Below are positions 1 through 8,518 of a stretch of 32,000 bases of DNA, piece after piece; position 1 is the first letter of the stretch, and each line of letters starts with the position of its first letter. The notes below the pieces were generated by a model. That model ran no database searches and had not been told where the DNA came from. It saw nothing but the letters and a program-made list of their open reading frames with translations. The position numbers and the translations under genes were made by a program. Where the stretch lies: assembly GCF_000009705.1 (NCBI RefSeq), contig NC_003272.1, positions 3,750,001-3,782,000 of the forward strand. Reading direction: 5' to 3'. The stretch comes from Nostoc sp. PCC 7120 = FACHB-418 (GTDB lineage Bacteria > Cyanobacteriota > Cyanobacteriia > Cyanobacteriales > Nostocaceae).

Positions 1-138
1 GTTCTAGTTGCAGTGGTGCTTTGGTATGACAGGGAACACTCAGTTGCAAATAATTGTTCTATGTCAGCAAAGGTTAATTTTATTACAAACAGTGTTATTT
101 TGCATTGAGAATAGCTGAGATGCGTTTATGATGTATTT

Positions 139-206
139 AGTTTAAATCTCCTCACACCACATTAAAAAAACCGTAGATTACTCAATGTTTCTACGGTTTT
201 TATTTT
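139..206 (+). ncRNA. yfr1: Yfr1-like small RNA, copy 1 (5' end approximate)
   Basis: CTCCTCACACCAC box at 148-160 contains the Yfr1 hallmark CUCCUCACAC. An intrinsic terminator follows: stem CCGTAG 171-176 / CTACGG 191-196, then a T-run from 197. A TATGAT -10-like hexamer lies at 127-132, with TTGAGA at 105-110 (16-nt spacing). Confidence 0.45.
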
Positions 207-357
207 TTGATTAGAGATAAAAATATTACTCTTTAGCAAATATTTAATCCAAAGTACAACCTATCTAAGCGCCAATTATTAATTTTTTCCCAAAAAATCC
301 TGTTACCAAAATTGTTACAAGTGTATCACTGCCGGGCAGTTGCCCTATGATGATCTA

Positions 358-417
358 TTAGTTAAGCTCCTCACACCACACAAAAAGCCGCGAAACAACT
401 AGTTTCGTGGTTTTTTT
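358..417 (+). ncRNA. yfr1: Yfr1-like small RNA, copy 2 (5' end approximate)
   Basis: Identical CTCCTCACACCAC box at 367-379. Terminator stem CCGCGAAAC 388-396 / GTTTCGTGG 402-410, then T7 at 411-417. The same TATGAT(G) block at 346-351 sits at a similar distance upstream of the box as in copy 1. Confidence 0.45.
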
Positions 418-605
418 ATGTTGTATAGTCAGGGGCATAAGTTTTAGATGAGCGCTGAGTAAATATTCTTCCCCTGCTCCCTACCTTCTCTCTCAAGCAA
501 ATGCAAACAACCGTTAAACTTCATTGCGAAGTAAGAAGCGAAGTGAAACAACGTGATAAGTTTTGATGATGTGACGCAATCGCACCAGAGGATAAGGAGA
601 ATACG

Positions 606-818
606 GTGGCAATCGAATCAAACTTATTAAACGGCACAGTTCTACCAAAAGAAGAAATTAGCGAATATGTTGCCAACCTCCAGCTACACATGACTTTGCA
701 AGCACGTAATCTAGTTCCACCCTTAAGGCAGACTCAGACTATAGAAGACAGTAGACAACAATTGCTGCATCAAACCCAAGCTAATTTTGAGAAGCAGGCT
801 TCTCGGCAAAGATTATAA
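606..818 (+). CDS. hypothetical small protein (70 aa), GTG start
   Basis: ORF track. AAGGAG at 594-599 lies 6 nt upstream of GTG 606. No recognisable domain. Confidence 0.4.
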   Translation: MAIESNLLNGTVLPKEEISEYVANLQLHMTLQARNLVPPLRQTQTIEDSRQQLLHQTQANFEKQASRQRL

Positions 819-856
819 TATAAAAAGACATAAAAGAACAGAAAAACAAATAAAAT

Positions 857-920
857 AAAAGCAGATATTGTTGGTTCCACACCAAAAGTGTTACCCTCAA
901 GTCTGCTTTTTCTATTTTTT
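857..920 (+). terminator. possible terminator of the 606-818 ORF
   Basis: AAAAGCAGA 857-865 pairs with TCTGCTTTT 902-910. There is an inner TTGGT/ACCAA helix, followed by TTCTATTTTTT. The large loop makes it atypical. Confidence 0.3.
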
Positions 921-1025
921 GTAGTCTATATAGTTACGAAAATCACCCTTTGGGAGCAATAGCAAAGAGCGGAAAGCCGTTAAAATTATTGCAGCAGTTC
1001 CCCTGATCCAATCCGTTAAGGCTAA

Positions 1026-2270
1026 ATGGCAGCTCACATCAACATGACTTCATTACTTCCCCGAAATCTTAGCGTTGTCATCCGGCCAGTCTATTATCGG
1101 GACTTGGACGGAATTGAGCGAATATCGCAAGAATCATTCGCAGCTCATACCCCCCAAGGCGCTAGTTCTATTGCTAATCGGATGCAATGGTTACGTCGCT
1201 GGTATGGGTTACTCAAGTTTTTAAGTTGGTTCCCTAACCCGCTACAATACCGCTTTTGCGCCTATGTAGCCGAACAGGGGCGGATGCTCTTAGGAATGAT
1301 TCAAGTTTCGCCGTTTAACCGCACACGCAGCACCTGGCGAGTTGATCGGGTAATTTTGGATCGGGCTGTCGATAAGCAGGGAATTGGCTCACAGCTACTA
1401 CGCCACTGTTTTGAAGGAATTTTAGAAGCTCGTACTTGGCTGTTAGAAGTTAATGTGAATGATACAGATGCGCTAGCGCTTTATCGGCAAAATGGATTTC
1501 AGCGTCTGGCAGAAATGACTTATTGGGAAATTGATCCCGAATTATTAAGTGAATTAGCGCAAGCCGAGCCAGATTTGCCGAATCTTTTGCCAGTTAGCAA
1601 TGCGGATGCTCAACTGTTGTATCAATTAGATACAGCATCAATGCCGCCGTTGGTACGTCAAGTATTCGATCGCAATACCCGCGATTTTAAAACCAGTTTG
1701 TTCGGCGCTTTAAGAGATGCAGTCAAACAATGGGTGACAAAAATTGAAGTTGTAAGTGGCTATGTGTTTGAACCACAACGCAAAGCAGCAATAGGTTATT
1801 TCCAGTTACAGCTAGACCGCAAAGGGGAAACTCCCCACGTTGCCACCTTGACAGTCCACCCTGCTTATACTTGGCTATACCCAGAATTATTATCTCAACT
1901 GGCGCGAATTGCCCAAGATTTTCCTCAACAAGGCTTACAACTAGCCTCATCTGATTACCAACCAGAGCGAGAAGAATATTTAGAACGTATTGGAGCCAAG
2001 CGCATAGAACACACGCTGATCATGTCTCGTTCAGTCTGGCACAAACTGCGGGAATCAAAATTTGTCTCTCTAGAAGGGATTCAATGGACTGATGTTCTCC
2101 AAGGACTGCAACCAGCCCGCAAACCAATCCCTGGGGGTATGTCATGGGTACACACCAGACAGCAATCATCCCCAGATATTCCAGTACCAAGCCCATCAGA
2201 ACCTATGGCCTTTGGGATTAAAGATGTACCTAATCAGCCAGAGACAGAAGATGGGGAGATTGGGGAGTAG
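1026..2270 (+). CDS. GNAT-family N-acetyltransferase (long form with C-terminal extension)
   Basis: Translation has a GNAT acetyl-CoA motif region (QGIGSQLLRHCFE ... ALALYRQNGFQ) and a second GNAT-like half. The start could also be the Met at 1044. Confidence 0.75.
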   Translation: MAAHINMTSLLPRNLSVVIRPVYYRDLDGIERISQESFAAHTPQGASSIANRMQWLRRWYGLLKFLSWFPNPLQYRFCAYVAEQGRMLLGMIQVSPFNRTRSTWRVDRVILDRAVDKQGIGSQLLRHCFEGILEARTWLLEVNVNDTDALALYRQNGFQRLAEMTYWEIDPELLSELAQAEPDLPNLLPVSNADAQLLYQLDTASMPPLVRQVFDRNTRDFKTSLFGALRDAVKQWVTKIEVVSGYVFEPQRKAAIGYFQLQLDRKGETPHVATLTVHPAYTWLYPELLSQLARIAQDFPQQGLQLASSDYQPEREEYLERIGAKRIEHTLIMSRSVWHKLRESKFVSLEGIQWTDVLQGLQPARKPIPGGMSWVHTRQQSSPDIPVPSPSEPMAFGIKDVPNQPETEDGEIGE

Positions 2271-2294
2271 GGGAAGCAGGGTAAAGAAAATTGG

Positions 2295-2324
2295 CAACTG
2301 ACAACTGTGACAACTGACTAATGA
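2295..2324. repeat. STRR-like heptamer run (CAACTGA / CAACTGT / CAACTGA / CTAATGA)
   Basis: Tandem 7-nt units read directly. The ruvX ATG (2321) lies inside the last unit. Confidence 0.5.
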
Positions 2325-2776
2325 CTAAATACATTTCAGCCTTGGGATTGGATGTGGGGCGTAAGCGTGTTGGTGTAGCTGGATGCGATCGCACTGGGTT
2401 GATTGCTACGGGAATTACCACCGTTGAGCGCACATCTTTTGACCGGGATGTCCAGCAAATACAAAATATAGTTAATGAACGCCAGGTACAAGTTCTGGTT
2501 GTGGGTTTGCCATATTCAATGGATGGTTCCTTAGGATTTCAGGCTCGTCAAGTGCAGAAATTTACGTCAAGGCTGGCTAAAGCTTTGCAGTTACCTGTGG
2601 AATATGTTGATGAGCGACTGACTTCTTTTCAAGCAGAACAGATGCTCATCGCTGAAAATGTTTCCCCATCACGGAATAAAGGTTTAATTGATCGCAAGGC
2701 AGCAGCTTTAATTTTGCAGCAGTGGTTGGATATTAGACGAACTAATGCTCAGAGTTCAGTGGCAGTAGAGTATTGA
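2321..2776 (+). CDS. ruvX: Holliday junction resolvase-like protein RuvX (YqgF family)
   Basis: N-terminus ALGLDVGRKRVGVAGCD and overall length (151 aa) are typical of YqgF/RuvX. Confidence 0.9.
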   Translation: MTKYISALGLDVGRKRVGVAGCDRTGLIATGITTVERTSFDRDVQQIQNIVNERQVQVLVVGLPYSMDGSLGFQARQVQKFTSRLAKALQLPVEYVDERLTSFQAEQMLIAENVSPSRNKGLIDRKAAALILQQWLDIRRTNAQSSVAVEY

Positions 2777-2916
2777 TACCTTTGAACATGATATTCTGAA
2801 AGCTGTTACACAGCAGTTGTATCTAAGATTAAAGCTATTTGCTTGACATGATATGTCATTCAAGAGCAAAGCTTTGTTTACATCTGTTGGTACTTATAAA
2901 GTCTCACACCTTGGCT

Positions 2917-3495
2917 ATGTTTTCCTCTCCATTTTCCGAAGATAACGACAATGCTCCTAATGGTTCCATCACCTTAACCGATGAAAAAGGGCGATCGCTT
3001 GAATGTTATGTAGAACATTCGCTCTCGGTAGATGAGCAAGAATATGTTTTGCTGCTTCCTGTCGATTCACCCATAGAAATTTTTGCTTGGGAAGGTGAAG
3101 ACGAAGACGAAGAAGCAGTCCTAGTAGAATTTGATGATGCGATTATTGACGAAATTTTCCCCACTGCTCAGGCTGTCCTAGCAGAACAAAATTTGGTACT
3201 CAAACAGACTGCTTATGCTTTGACGGTGGCTGGTGATTTACCACCAGTGGAAGAGTCAGAACTATTTACTCTAGAAATCGAAGAAGAAGAAGCAGCAGAT
3301 TTAGAACCAGAACAACTCCAGCTACTTGCTAACTTCTATCACGATGAACAGGAGTACGCAATTTATACCCCTCTTGATCCCCTGTTATTTTTTGCCAAAA
3401 TTACAAAAACTGGTCAGCCTGTCCTACTCTCCCCAGAAGAGTTTCGTAAAGTGCAACCCCTGTTAGAAGAACAACTTTTTAATGAAGTTGAATAA
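2917..3495 (+). CDS. acidic DUF1292/DUF3727-like protein
   Basis: The track ORF starts at 2839, but the first 26 codons are hydrophobic and atypical. Met at 2917 (MFSSPFSEDND) is the more plausible start. ITLTDEKGRSLECYVEHSL...YVLLLPVD resembles DUF1292. The family commonly follows ruvX. Confidence 0.65.
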   Translation: MFSSPFSEDNDNAPNGSITLTDEKGRSLECYVEHSLSVDEQEYVLLLPVDSPIEIFAWEGEDEDEEAVLVEFDDAIIDEIFPTAQAVLAEQNLVLKQTAYALTVAGDLPPVEESELFTLEIEEEEAADLEPEQLQLLANFYHDEQEYAIYTPLDPLLFFAKITKTGQPVLLSPEEFRKVQPLLEEQLFNEVE

Positions 3496-3525
3496 GATCA
3501 AAAGTTTTCAGTTAAAAATTAAAAG

Positions 3526-3807
3526 ATGACATTTTTAATTTTCAATTGAGGATTCCCAATCATCGTTAGTTGTACCGTAGGACAATTCGATCTCCAAGGT
3601 CAAGCCGTTTTAGGAACTATCGGTTGGCTAACTTTGTTATTACGTCACCACGGTAATCAATATAAATCTACACAGAATGTCAAAATCTCAAGATATGTGG
3701 GTTTTGGCATTTTAAATTTTGTAGGTGTAGTATTGCCTTGGGCTATTTCACATTTTAAGTTAAGCGCAGGGATAGAGTATGACTTGGCACAAGTTTTTAC
3801 AGCCTGA
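3526..3807 (+). pseudogene. small membrane-protein frame interrupted by an in-frame TGA at 3547-3549
   Basis: ATG 3526 opens MTFLIFN-TGA-GFPIIVSCTVGQFDLQGQAVLGTIGWLTLLLRHHGNQ...YVGFGILNFVGVVLPWAISHF...VFTA, ending at TGA 3805-3807, with two to three hydrophobic helices. Absent from the track because each piece is under 60 aa. Confidence 0.3.
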
Positions 3808-4318
3808 TTTGATTTTGGCTGGTTCAGTGTTGAACCTCACACCAGATATTATTGAACATCACCAGCTCAAAGGGTTGGTTTTGGATGTAGACGAAACCTT
3901 AGTACCAATCACAGTAGGATCGGCTTCACCGGAACTGAGAGACTGGGTAGAACAGATTCGCAGCGTGACGGCGCTGTGGTTGGTGAGCAATAACATGAGT
4001 GAAGCCCGCATTGGCGGGATTGCCCGTTCTTTGAACCTACCTTATTATTTAGGTGCAGCCAAGCCCTCACGGCGTAAGATTAGAGCTGCACTGCAAGAAA
4101 TGAATTTACCAGTTGAGCAGGTAGGGATGGTAGGCGATCGCTTATTCACTGATGTTTTAGCTGGTAATCGCTTGGGTATGTTTACCATTCTGGTAGAGCC
4201 AATCATCCATCCTGATGCAGCTCTGCGCTCTCACCCCATCCGCAATTTTGAAGTTTGGTTCTCAGAGATTTTAGGAGCTTCTATTAACCCTGAGCATACA
4301 AAAAGTTACAAAAATTAA
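3779..4318 (+). CDS. YqeG-family HAD-IIIA phosphatase
   Basis: LVLDVDETLVP (DxDxT motif), ...VSNN..., GDRLFTDVLAGN, and a size of 179 aa are typical of the YqeG subfamily. Confidence 0.8.
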   Translation: MTWHKFLQPDLILAGSVLNLTPDIIEHHQLKGLVLDVDETLVPITVGSASPELRDWVEQIRSVTALWLVSNNMSEARIGGIARSLNLPYYLGAAKPSRRKIRAALQEMNLPVEQVGMVGDRLFTDVLAGNRLGMFTILVEPIIHPDAALRSHPIRNFEVWFSEILGASINPEHTKSYKN

Positions 4319-4522
4319 CAACTTGTTAAATAACTAAAATCTAAAGAAATAATTAAAGAAATCCATGAACAGCAAAAGATCGGGGATCATAAGTATTAAT
4401 AACATGGGGTCAGCAATAAAAGACCCTAGTACATAACAAGTAACTATAAATCAGTAAAGCGTCAGCCTTCACTTATAGAGGGACTGGCGCTTTACTATTG
4501 AGTAGTTAGTCCAGAGTAAAAA

Positions 4523-4610
4523 CTGTTGACTGTTGACTAGAAGAGGCAGGGGGAAACCCTCTCCCCATCTCCCTGCCCCCTGCCCCTTTTCCTCTTCTTG
4601 ACCAATGACC
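4523..4610. repeat. STRR units flanking a G/C-rich imperfect palindrome
   Basis: (CTGTTGA)x2 at 4523-4536 is the reverse complement of STRR3 CAACAGT. AGAAGAGG+CAGGGGG (4539-4553) pairs with CCCCCTG (4576-4582) and CCTCTTCT (4591-4598). TGACCAATGACC at 4598-4610 is the reverse complement of STRR2 TTGGTCA. Confidence 0.5.
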
Positions 4611-4619
4611 TTTTTTGAA

Positions 4620-4647
4620 TTCAAAATGCAAAATTCAAAATGAAGAA
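4620..4647. repeat. heptamer array TTCAAAA/TGCAAAA/TTCAAAA (inverted partner of 4777-4804)
   Basis: Read directly. Includes the palindrome TTTTGAATTCAAAA at 4613-4626. Confidence 0.6.
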
Positions 4648-4776
4648 GAATTTTTTTGAATTTAATAATTTTGGGTACAAGCCCCCACCATAATCTTTGA
4701 TTTGGTGGTCTACCCTTCGGGTTCTCCGCAGGAGTACAATTAGTGGCGAGTCCAAGCTCCCACTAATTGTCTTTAA

Positions 4777-4804
4777 TTTTGAATTTTGAATTTTGAATTT
4801 TGAA
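4777..4804. repeat. (TTTTGAA)x4 perfect tandem heptamer array
   Basis: Four exact 7-nt units read directly. It overlaps the track start (TTG 4793) of proB. Confidence 0.8.
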
Positions 4805-4819
4805 TTGGAGCGAAGCGAC

Positions 4820-5929
4820 TTGACCAAAACAATTGTCGTCAAAATTGGCACTTCTAGCCTTACCCAACCAGAAACCGGACAACTAGCCCTCTCTACCATT
4901 GCAACTTTGGCGGAAACACTCTCTCATTTAAGACAGCAAGGTAATCGGGTGATTTTAGTTTCCTCTGGGGCTGTGGGAGTGGGTTGTGCGCGGTTGGGTT
5001 TAACCGAACGTCCCAAAGCGATCGCCCTCAAACAGGCGGTGGCCGCAGTGGGTCAAGGTCGATTAATGCGCGTATATGACGACTTATTTACCACCTTACA
5101 ACAGCCAATTGCCCAAGTGTTGCTAACTCGCAGCGATTTGGTACAACGTAGCCGTTATCTCAACGTATACAACACCTTTCGGGAATTACTCGCGTTGGGG
5201 GTAATTCCTGTAGTCAACGAGAATGATACCGTTGCCGTCGATGAACTGAAATTTGGTGATAATGATACCCTTTCGGCTTTGGTTGCTAGTCTTGTAGAGG
5301 CGGACTGGCTATTTTTACTCACAGACGTAGACCGATTATACTCAGCCGATCCCCGTTCTGTCCCCGATGCCCGACCAATATCTTTGGTGACAAGCATCAA
5401 AGAATTAGCAGACTTACAAGTGCAAACAGGTTCTCAAGGTTCTCAATGGGGTACTGGGGGAATGATGACAAAAATTTCGGCGGCGAGAATTGCGATCGCG
5501 GCGGGAGTGCGTACTGTGATTACTCAAGGACGATACCCCCGTAATATCGAGAAAATTATCCAAGGGGAACTGATTGGAACTCATTTTCAACCCCAACCAG
5601 AACCAACTTCCGCCCGTAAACGTTGGATTGCTTACGGTTTAGTCCCGGTTGGTAAATTATACTTAGATTCTGGTGCGATCGCCGCTATAGTTAAAGCAGG
5701 TAAATCCTTATTGCCAGCAGGAGTTAAAACCGTTGCAGGTGAATTTGAGCCTCAAGATGCAGTACAGTTATGCGATCCTCAAGGTAACGAAATTGCCAGA
5801 GGACTGGTTAACTATAGCAGCAATGATTTACAGAAAATTTGTGGTCGTCATTCTAAGGAGATTCCGACGATTTTGGGTTATGTAGGTGCGGAAACCGTGA
5901 TCCATCGAGATAACTTAGTATTGACTTAA
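4820..5929 (+). CDS. proB: glutamate 5-kinase with C-terminal PUA domain
   Basis: [11 protein letters not shown]..., [28 protein letters not shown] and the PUA-like C-terminus. The track start TTG 4793 lies in the heptamer repeat. In-frame TTG 4820 ([13 protein letters not shown]) has GGAG at 4807-4810, 9 nt upstream, and is preferred. Confidence 0.9.
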   Translation: MTKTIVVKIGTSSLTQPETGQLALSTIATLAETLSHLRQQGNRVILVSSGAVGVGCARLGLTERPKAIALKQAVAAVGQGRLMRVYDDLFTTLQQPIAQVLLTRSDLVQRSRYLNVYNTFRELLALGVIPVVNENDTVAVDELKFGDNDTLSALVASLVEADWLFLLTDVDRLYSADPRSVPDARPISLVTSIKELADLQVQTGSQGSQWGTGGMMTKISAARIAIAAGVRTVITQGRYPRNIEKIIQGELIGTHFQPQPEPTSARKRWIAYGLVPVGKLYLDSGAIAAIVKAGKSLLPAGVKTVAGEFEPQDAVQLCDPQGNEIARGLVNYSSNDLQKICGRHSKEIPTILGYVGAETVIHRDNLVLT

Positions 5930-5937
5930 AAAATAAA

Positions 5938-5959
5938 AACCCCGTTAAATAGCGGGGTT
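5938..5959. terminator. hairpin AACCCCG/CGGGGTT, better oriented as a minus-strand intrinsic terminator
   Basis: 7-bp GC-rich stem (5938-5944 / 5953-5959). The A-run at 5929-5937 gives a U-tract only on the minus strand. It lies 9 nt after the proB stop and about 315 nt downstream of the minus-strand gene 6274-6738. Confidence 0.5.
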
Positions 5960-6021
5960 AATGTTACTTTAGCCACAAAATTTACCATAAAAAATTACTA
6001 GCTAGCACCCTGAAAATAGGT

Positions 6022-6050
6022 AAAAGGTAGGAAATCCCACCTTTTTACAG
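6022..6050 (+). terminator. plus-strand intrinsic terminator-like hairpin
   Basis: AAAAGGTAGG 6022-6031 / CCCACCTTTT 6037-6046 (one mismatch, loop AAAT), ending in T5. Confidence 0.4.
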
Positions 6051-6148
6051 AGCTTATCTTTTAGCCTGGGTTTAATATTACATAAGCATTTGACAAAAAT
6101 ATTACAATCTTATGAAATTTGTGTGTAGATGAAGAGAGCGATCGCTTA

Positions 6149-6265
6149 AGGGACTTCCAATTAAAAAAATATACTATCATTTGGATGGCAAGGGGGCAGG
6201 GAGCAGGGGGAAAGACAGTTGTTTGGCAGCAGATAAATTGGATAGTTTATTTTCTGGAAGTCCCT
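6149..6265. repeat. 11-bp perfect inverted repeat enclosing a G-rich box
   Basis: AGGGACTTCCA 6149-6159 and TGGAAGTCCCT 6255-6265. The interior carries GGGGGCAGGGAG, the same 12-mer as the reverse complement of the element at 4539-4598. Confidence 0.45.
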
Positions 6266-6273
6266 GAGTAAAC

Positions 6274-6738
6274 TTATCCCTGAATAATGTCACTCAATTC
6301 AGTATGGTTGCGTTTTACTTCTGACCAAAAAGCTACCCAAAAAATAATTAACATCAATATAGGCATTCCTAGCAATAGTGCAGTCATCTGACTAGGCATA
6401 TCTGTTACGGTTGTAGGAACGATCGCACTATACCAAAACAAAAGCCAAAACCCTAAAAATGCCATCGCAGCATTATCTACACTCATCTGCACATGAATTA
6501 GGGTTTGCTGGGATTGCTCTTCAAAACGTCCTCGAATCACTGGGAAAAATGAGTGGCGGTAATTAATTATACGAATAATTTGAAAACCCTCTTCAGATAT
6601 GCTGCCTTGATAGGTAAGATGTTTTCTTGAGAATCTCAATGCTTTTGGGGGTTCAATGTTTGCCCTCAGCCGTTGCACAACTATCGGCAGCGAGTCAGGT
6701 GTCACGATTGTCAAGGTCTCGTATGGTAATATTTTCAT
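6274..6738 (-). CDS. hypothetical membrane protein (154 aa)
   Basis: ORF track. The C-terminal half has two hydrophobic helices (AAMAFLGFWLLFWYSAIV, ALLLGMPILMLIIFWVAFW). No named domain recognised. Confidence 0.55.
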   Translation of the reverse strand: MKILPYETLTIVTPDSLPIVVQRLRANIEPPKALRFSRKHLTYQGSISEEGFQIIRIINYRHSFFPVIRGRFEEQSQQTLIHVQMSVDNAAMAFLGFWLLFWYSAIVPTTVTDMPSQMTALLLGMPILMLIIFWVAFWSEVKRNHTELSDIIQG

Positions 6739-7003
6739 GGTGCTTTAAGCTACTTGCTGAAAATAAACCCTGATCATCTGCGGAAAACCTCAGCATCAAA
6801 TTCTTCATTACAGGGTCATGTTTTGAGTTTTCCCATAGTCAAGACTTCTCTAACAACTTGTTAAATGCTATTATTTTGTTCGGAAAACTGAGCTTAGTCA
6901 TTTCCGATTGCTAGCGATGGGTAGGTGATCGCTTCACCTAACGAGATGCTATCATGACAAAAGGAAACTCTGTATCAACAGTTTCCTAAATGAATAAATA
7001 TCT

Positions 7004-7090
7004 GGAGAGGTGTCCGAGTGGTTGATGGTGACGCACTCGAAATGCGTTAAGGATGCAAGTCCTTCGGGGGTTCAAATCCCCCCTTCTCCG
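7004..7090 (+). tRNA. tRNA-Ser (anticodon CGA), class II with long variable arm, CCA not encoded
   Basis: Manual fold. Acceptor GGAGAGG / CTTCTCC (one G-U). Anticodon stem ACGCA/TGCGT with loop CTCGAAA (anticodon CGA). Variable arm AGGA-TGCAAG-TCCT. T-arm GGGGG-TTCAAAT-CCCCC. Confidence 0.9.
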
Positions 7091-7130
7091 TTTTTTCCTT
7101 ACACAGCAAGCCTTTTAACTTAATTACTGA

Positions 7131-7178
7131 TTGGTTGAATTAGTTGAATTGGTTGAACAAATGGTTGAATTGGTTGAA
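7131..7178 (+). repeat. five (G/A)GTTGAA iterons just downstream of the tRNA (candidate arm-type integrase sites)
   Basis: GGTTGAA at 7133, 7151, 7163 and 7172, plus AGTTGAA at 7142, mostly within TTGGTTGAA. Confidence 0.6.
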
Positions 7179-7222
7179 CTTATAAAACCATTATCAATCT
7201 ATTAATAAAATTAATTTATTAA

Positions 7223-7285
7223 ATATACCCTTAACTTCCTTCTCACCTGTAACCCTAACCCTGAGAACTGAGGTTAAGGGTATAT
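7223..7285. repeat. 13-bp perfect inverted repeat with 37-nt spacer inside the island left arm
   Basis: ATATACCCTTAAC 7223-7235 / GTTAAGGGTATAT 7273-7285. Confidence 0.5.
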
Positions 7286-7534
7286 GTTCTTATCCTTTAG
7301 TGTTAACAAGATTGCTATCGCCATCGCCTGCTTAGATACTCTCCCTGATTTCATCTATTTCACCAAATTCATCCTCAATTGCGCGAACGGTAAGACTATA
7401 TAAAACTAAAACATGATTAGATAACATGAATAAGTATTATTGTTATTGACTAAAATCACATAACAACAATGATTTTTATTATATGCAATGCTGAGATAAA
7501 ATGATACATTTATTGCGTAAAATTACTAAATAAA

Positions 7535-8518
7535 ATGTATATAAAAATAATAAAATCCACAATTTATATAGTTAATTTAACTATAAAATCCAAATATTCA
7601 TTATTGTATGTAATTTTGTTTTCTTGTTGTATATCCTTACTGCTAATATTAATTCATAAAAATTTCAATAGTGAAAAAGATATTTTTTGGAAACTATTAG
7701 GATTAACTTCCTTTATTTCAGGAGTTTTAGGGTTTTTAATAGATATATTGCTATACTTCAATAGTCAAAATAAACTTAAACGCAAAGTCAAGTTAGTACG
7801 GACAAAACAAGAAAAAACAATATCAGAGCATCAAATAATCTGGAACTCAAAAGGTGGGAATATAGAGCAAAATATAGCAAGAGATTTTATTGGAAGAGAT
7901 GCAGTAACTAATAATAATAAAAAAATCACTATTAAAAATAGAGAAGTAGAAGTTAACCCTAACAATATTATTCAAACATTTGATGATTTTAGAGACATTT
8001 TAGCGCAAAGTATAATTCAAAGCTCTGATGCGCTAGAAGCAATACGTGAGTTTGCACAGGAATTAACTGAGCAATTACGCAATCAACCAGAAGTAAAATC
8101 ATCTTTTGGTGTAGATAAAAATATTAGTATAAATGGATTATTGAAAGAAGTTTTTATAGAGTTATTAACTAAAAACTATAACCAAATAAATGAAAAAGAT
8201 GAAAACGGTTTAATTGTTCATTCTAATAAAATTGAAGGAATGAATATATCTAAGACTTCAAATTTTATAGAGTACTTTAAATACTGGGGACACAATAATT
8301 ATGATATAATATATAAAACTTATACTATTCAATTATTTCAAGAAGAAGGTAAACTATGGCATTATAGAATCAAAAGAAGTGATTCATCTTTTTTAGAAAA
8401 AACTAATGGTAAACCACGTTTACGTTCAAGTGATATATACACTGCAATTGGTAAAGCAATTAGAGAGATAGAAAGAGAAATAACTAAAACCTGGAAAAAT
8501 AATTCTGAGCCAATTTGA
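7535..8518 (+). CDS. island cargo: hypothetical membrane-anchored protein (327 aa)
   Basis: ORF track. Two N-terminal hydrophobic helices (LLYVILFSCCISLLLILI, LLGLTSFISGVLGFLIDILLYF). Then the motif KGGNIEQNIARDFIGRD, a helical region and an unrecognised C-terminal domain. Very AT-rich codon usage. Confidence 0.6.
   Translation: MYIKIIKSTIYIVNLTIKSKYSLLYVILFSCCISLLLILIHKNFNSEKDIFWKLLGLTSFISGVLGFLIDILLYFNSQNKLKRKVKLVRTKQEKTISEHQIIWNSKGGNIEQNIARDFIGRDAVTNNNKKITIKNREVEVNPNNIIQTFDDFRDILAQSIIQSSDALEAIREFAQELTEQLRNQPEVKSSFGVDKNISINGLLKEVFIELLTKNYNQINEKDENGLIVHSNKIEGMNISKTSNFIEYFKYWGHNNYDIIYKTYTIQLFQEEGKLWHYRIKRSDSSFLEKTNGKPRLRSSDIYTAIGKAIREIEREITKTWKNNSEPI

Noticed and set aside
2092-2433. ORFs 2092-2301 (+) and 2230-2433 (-) overlapping the GNAT 3' end and the ruvX 5' end
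   Set aside because: They overlap well-supported genes and span the STRR-like repeat. No motifs were seen.
4621-4899. Minus-strand 92-aa ORF
   Set aside because: It runs through heptamer arrays and hairpins in the proB upstream region and overlaps the proB start. The translation is low complexity (K/F/N-rich).
7258-7266. ACCCTGAGA on the plus strand near the island left end, resembling the reverse complement of the shared 13-mer at 10421 and 11037, as possible terminal inverted repeats
   Set aside because: Only 8-9 nt match and the flanking context differs, which is well within chance expectation.
7336-7431. 31-codon minus-strand micro-ORF (MLSNHVLVLYSLTVRAIEDEFGEIDEIRESI) in the island left arm
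   Set aside because: It is too short to evaluate without homology searches and has no clear SD. It may be a remnant of a degraded gene.
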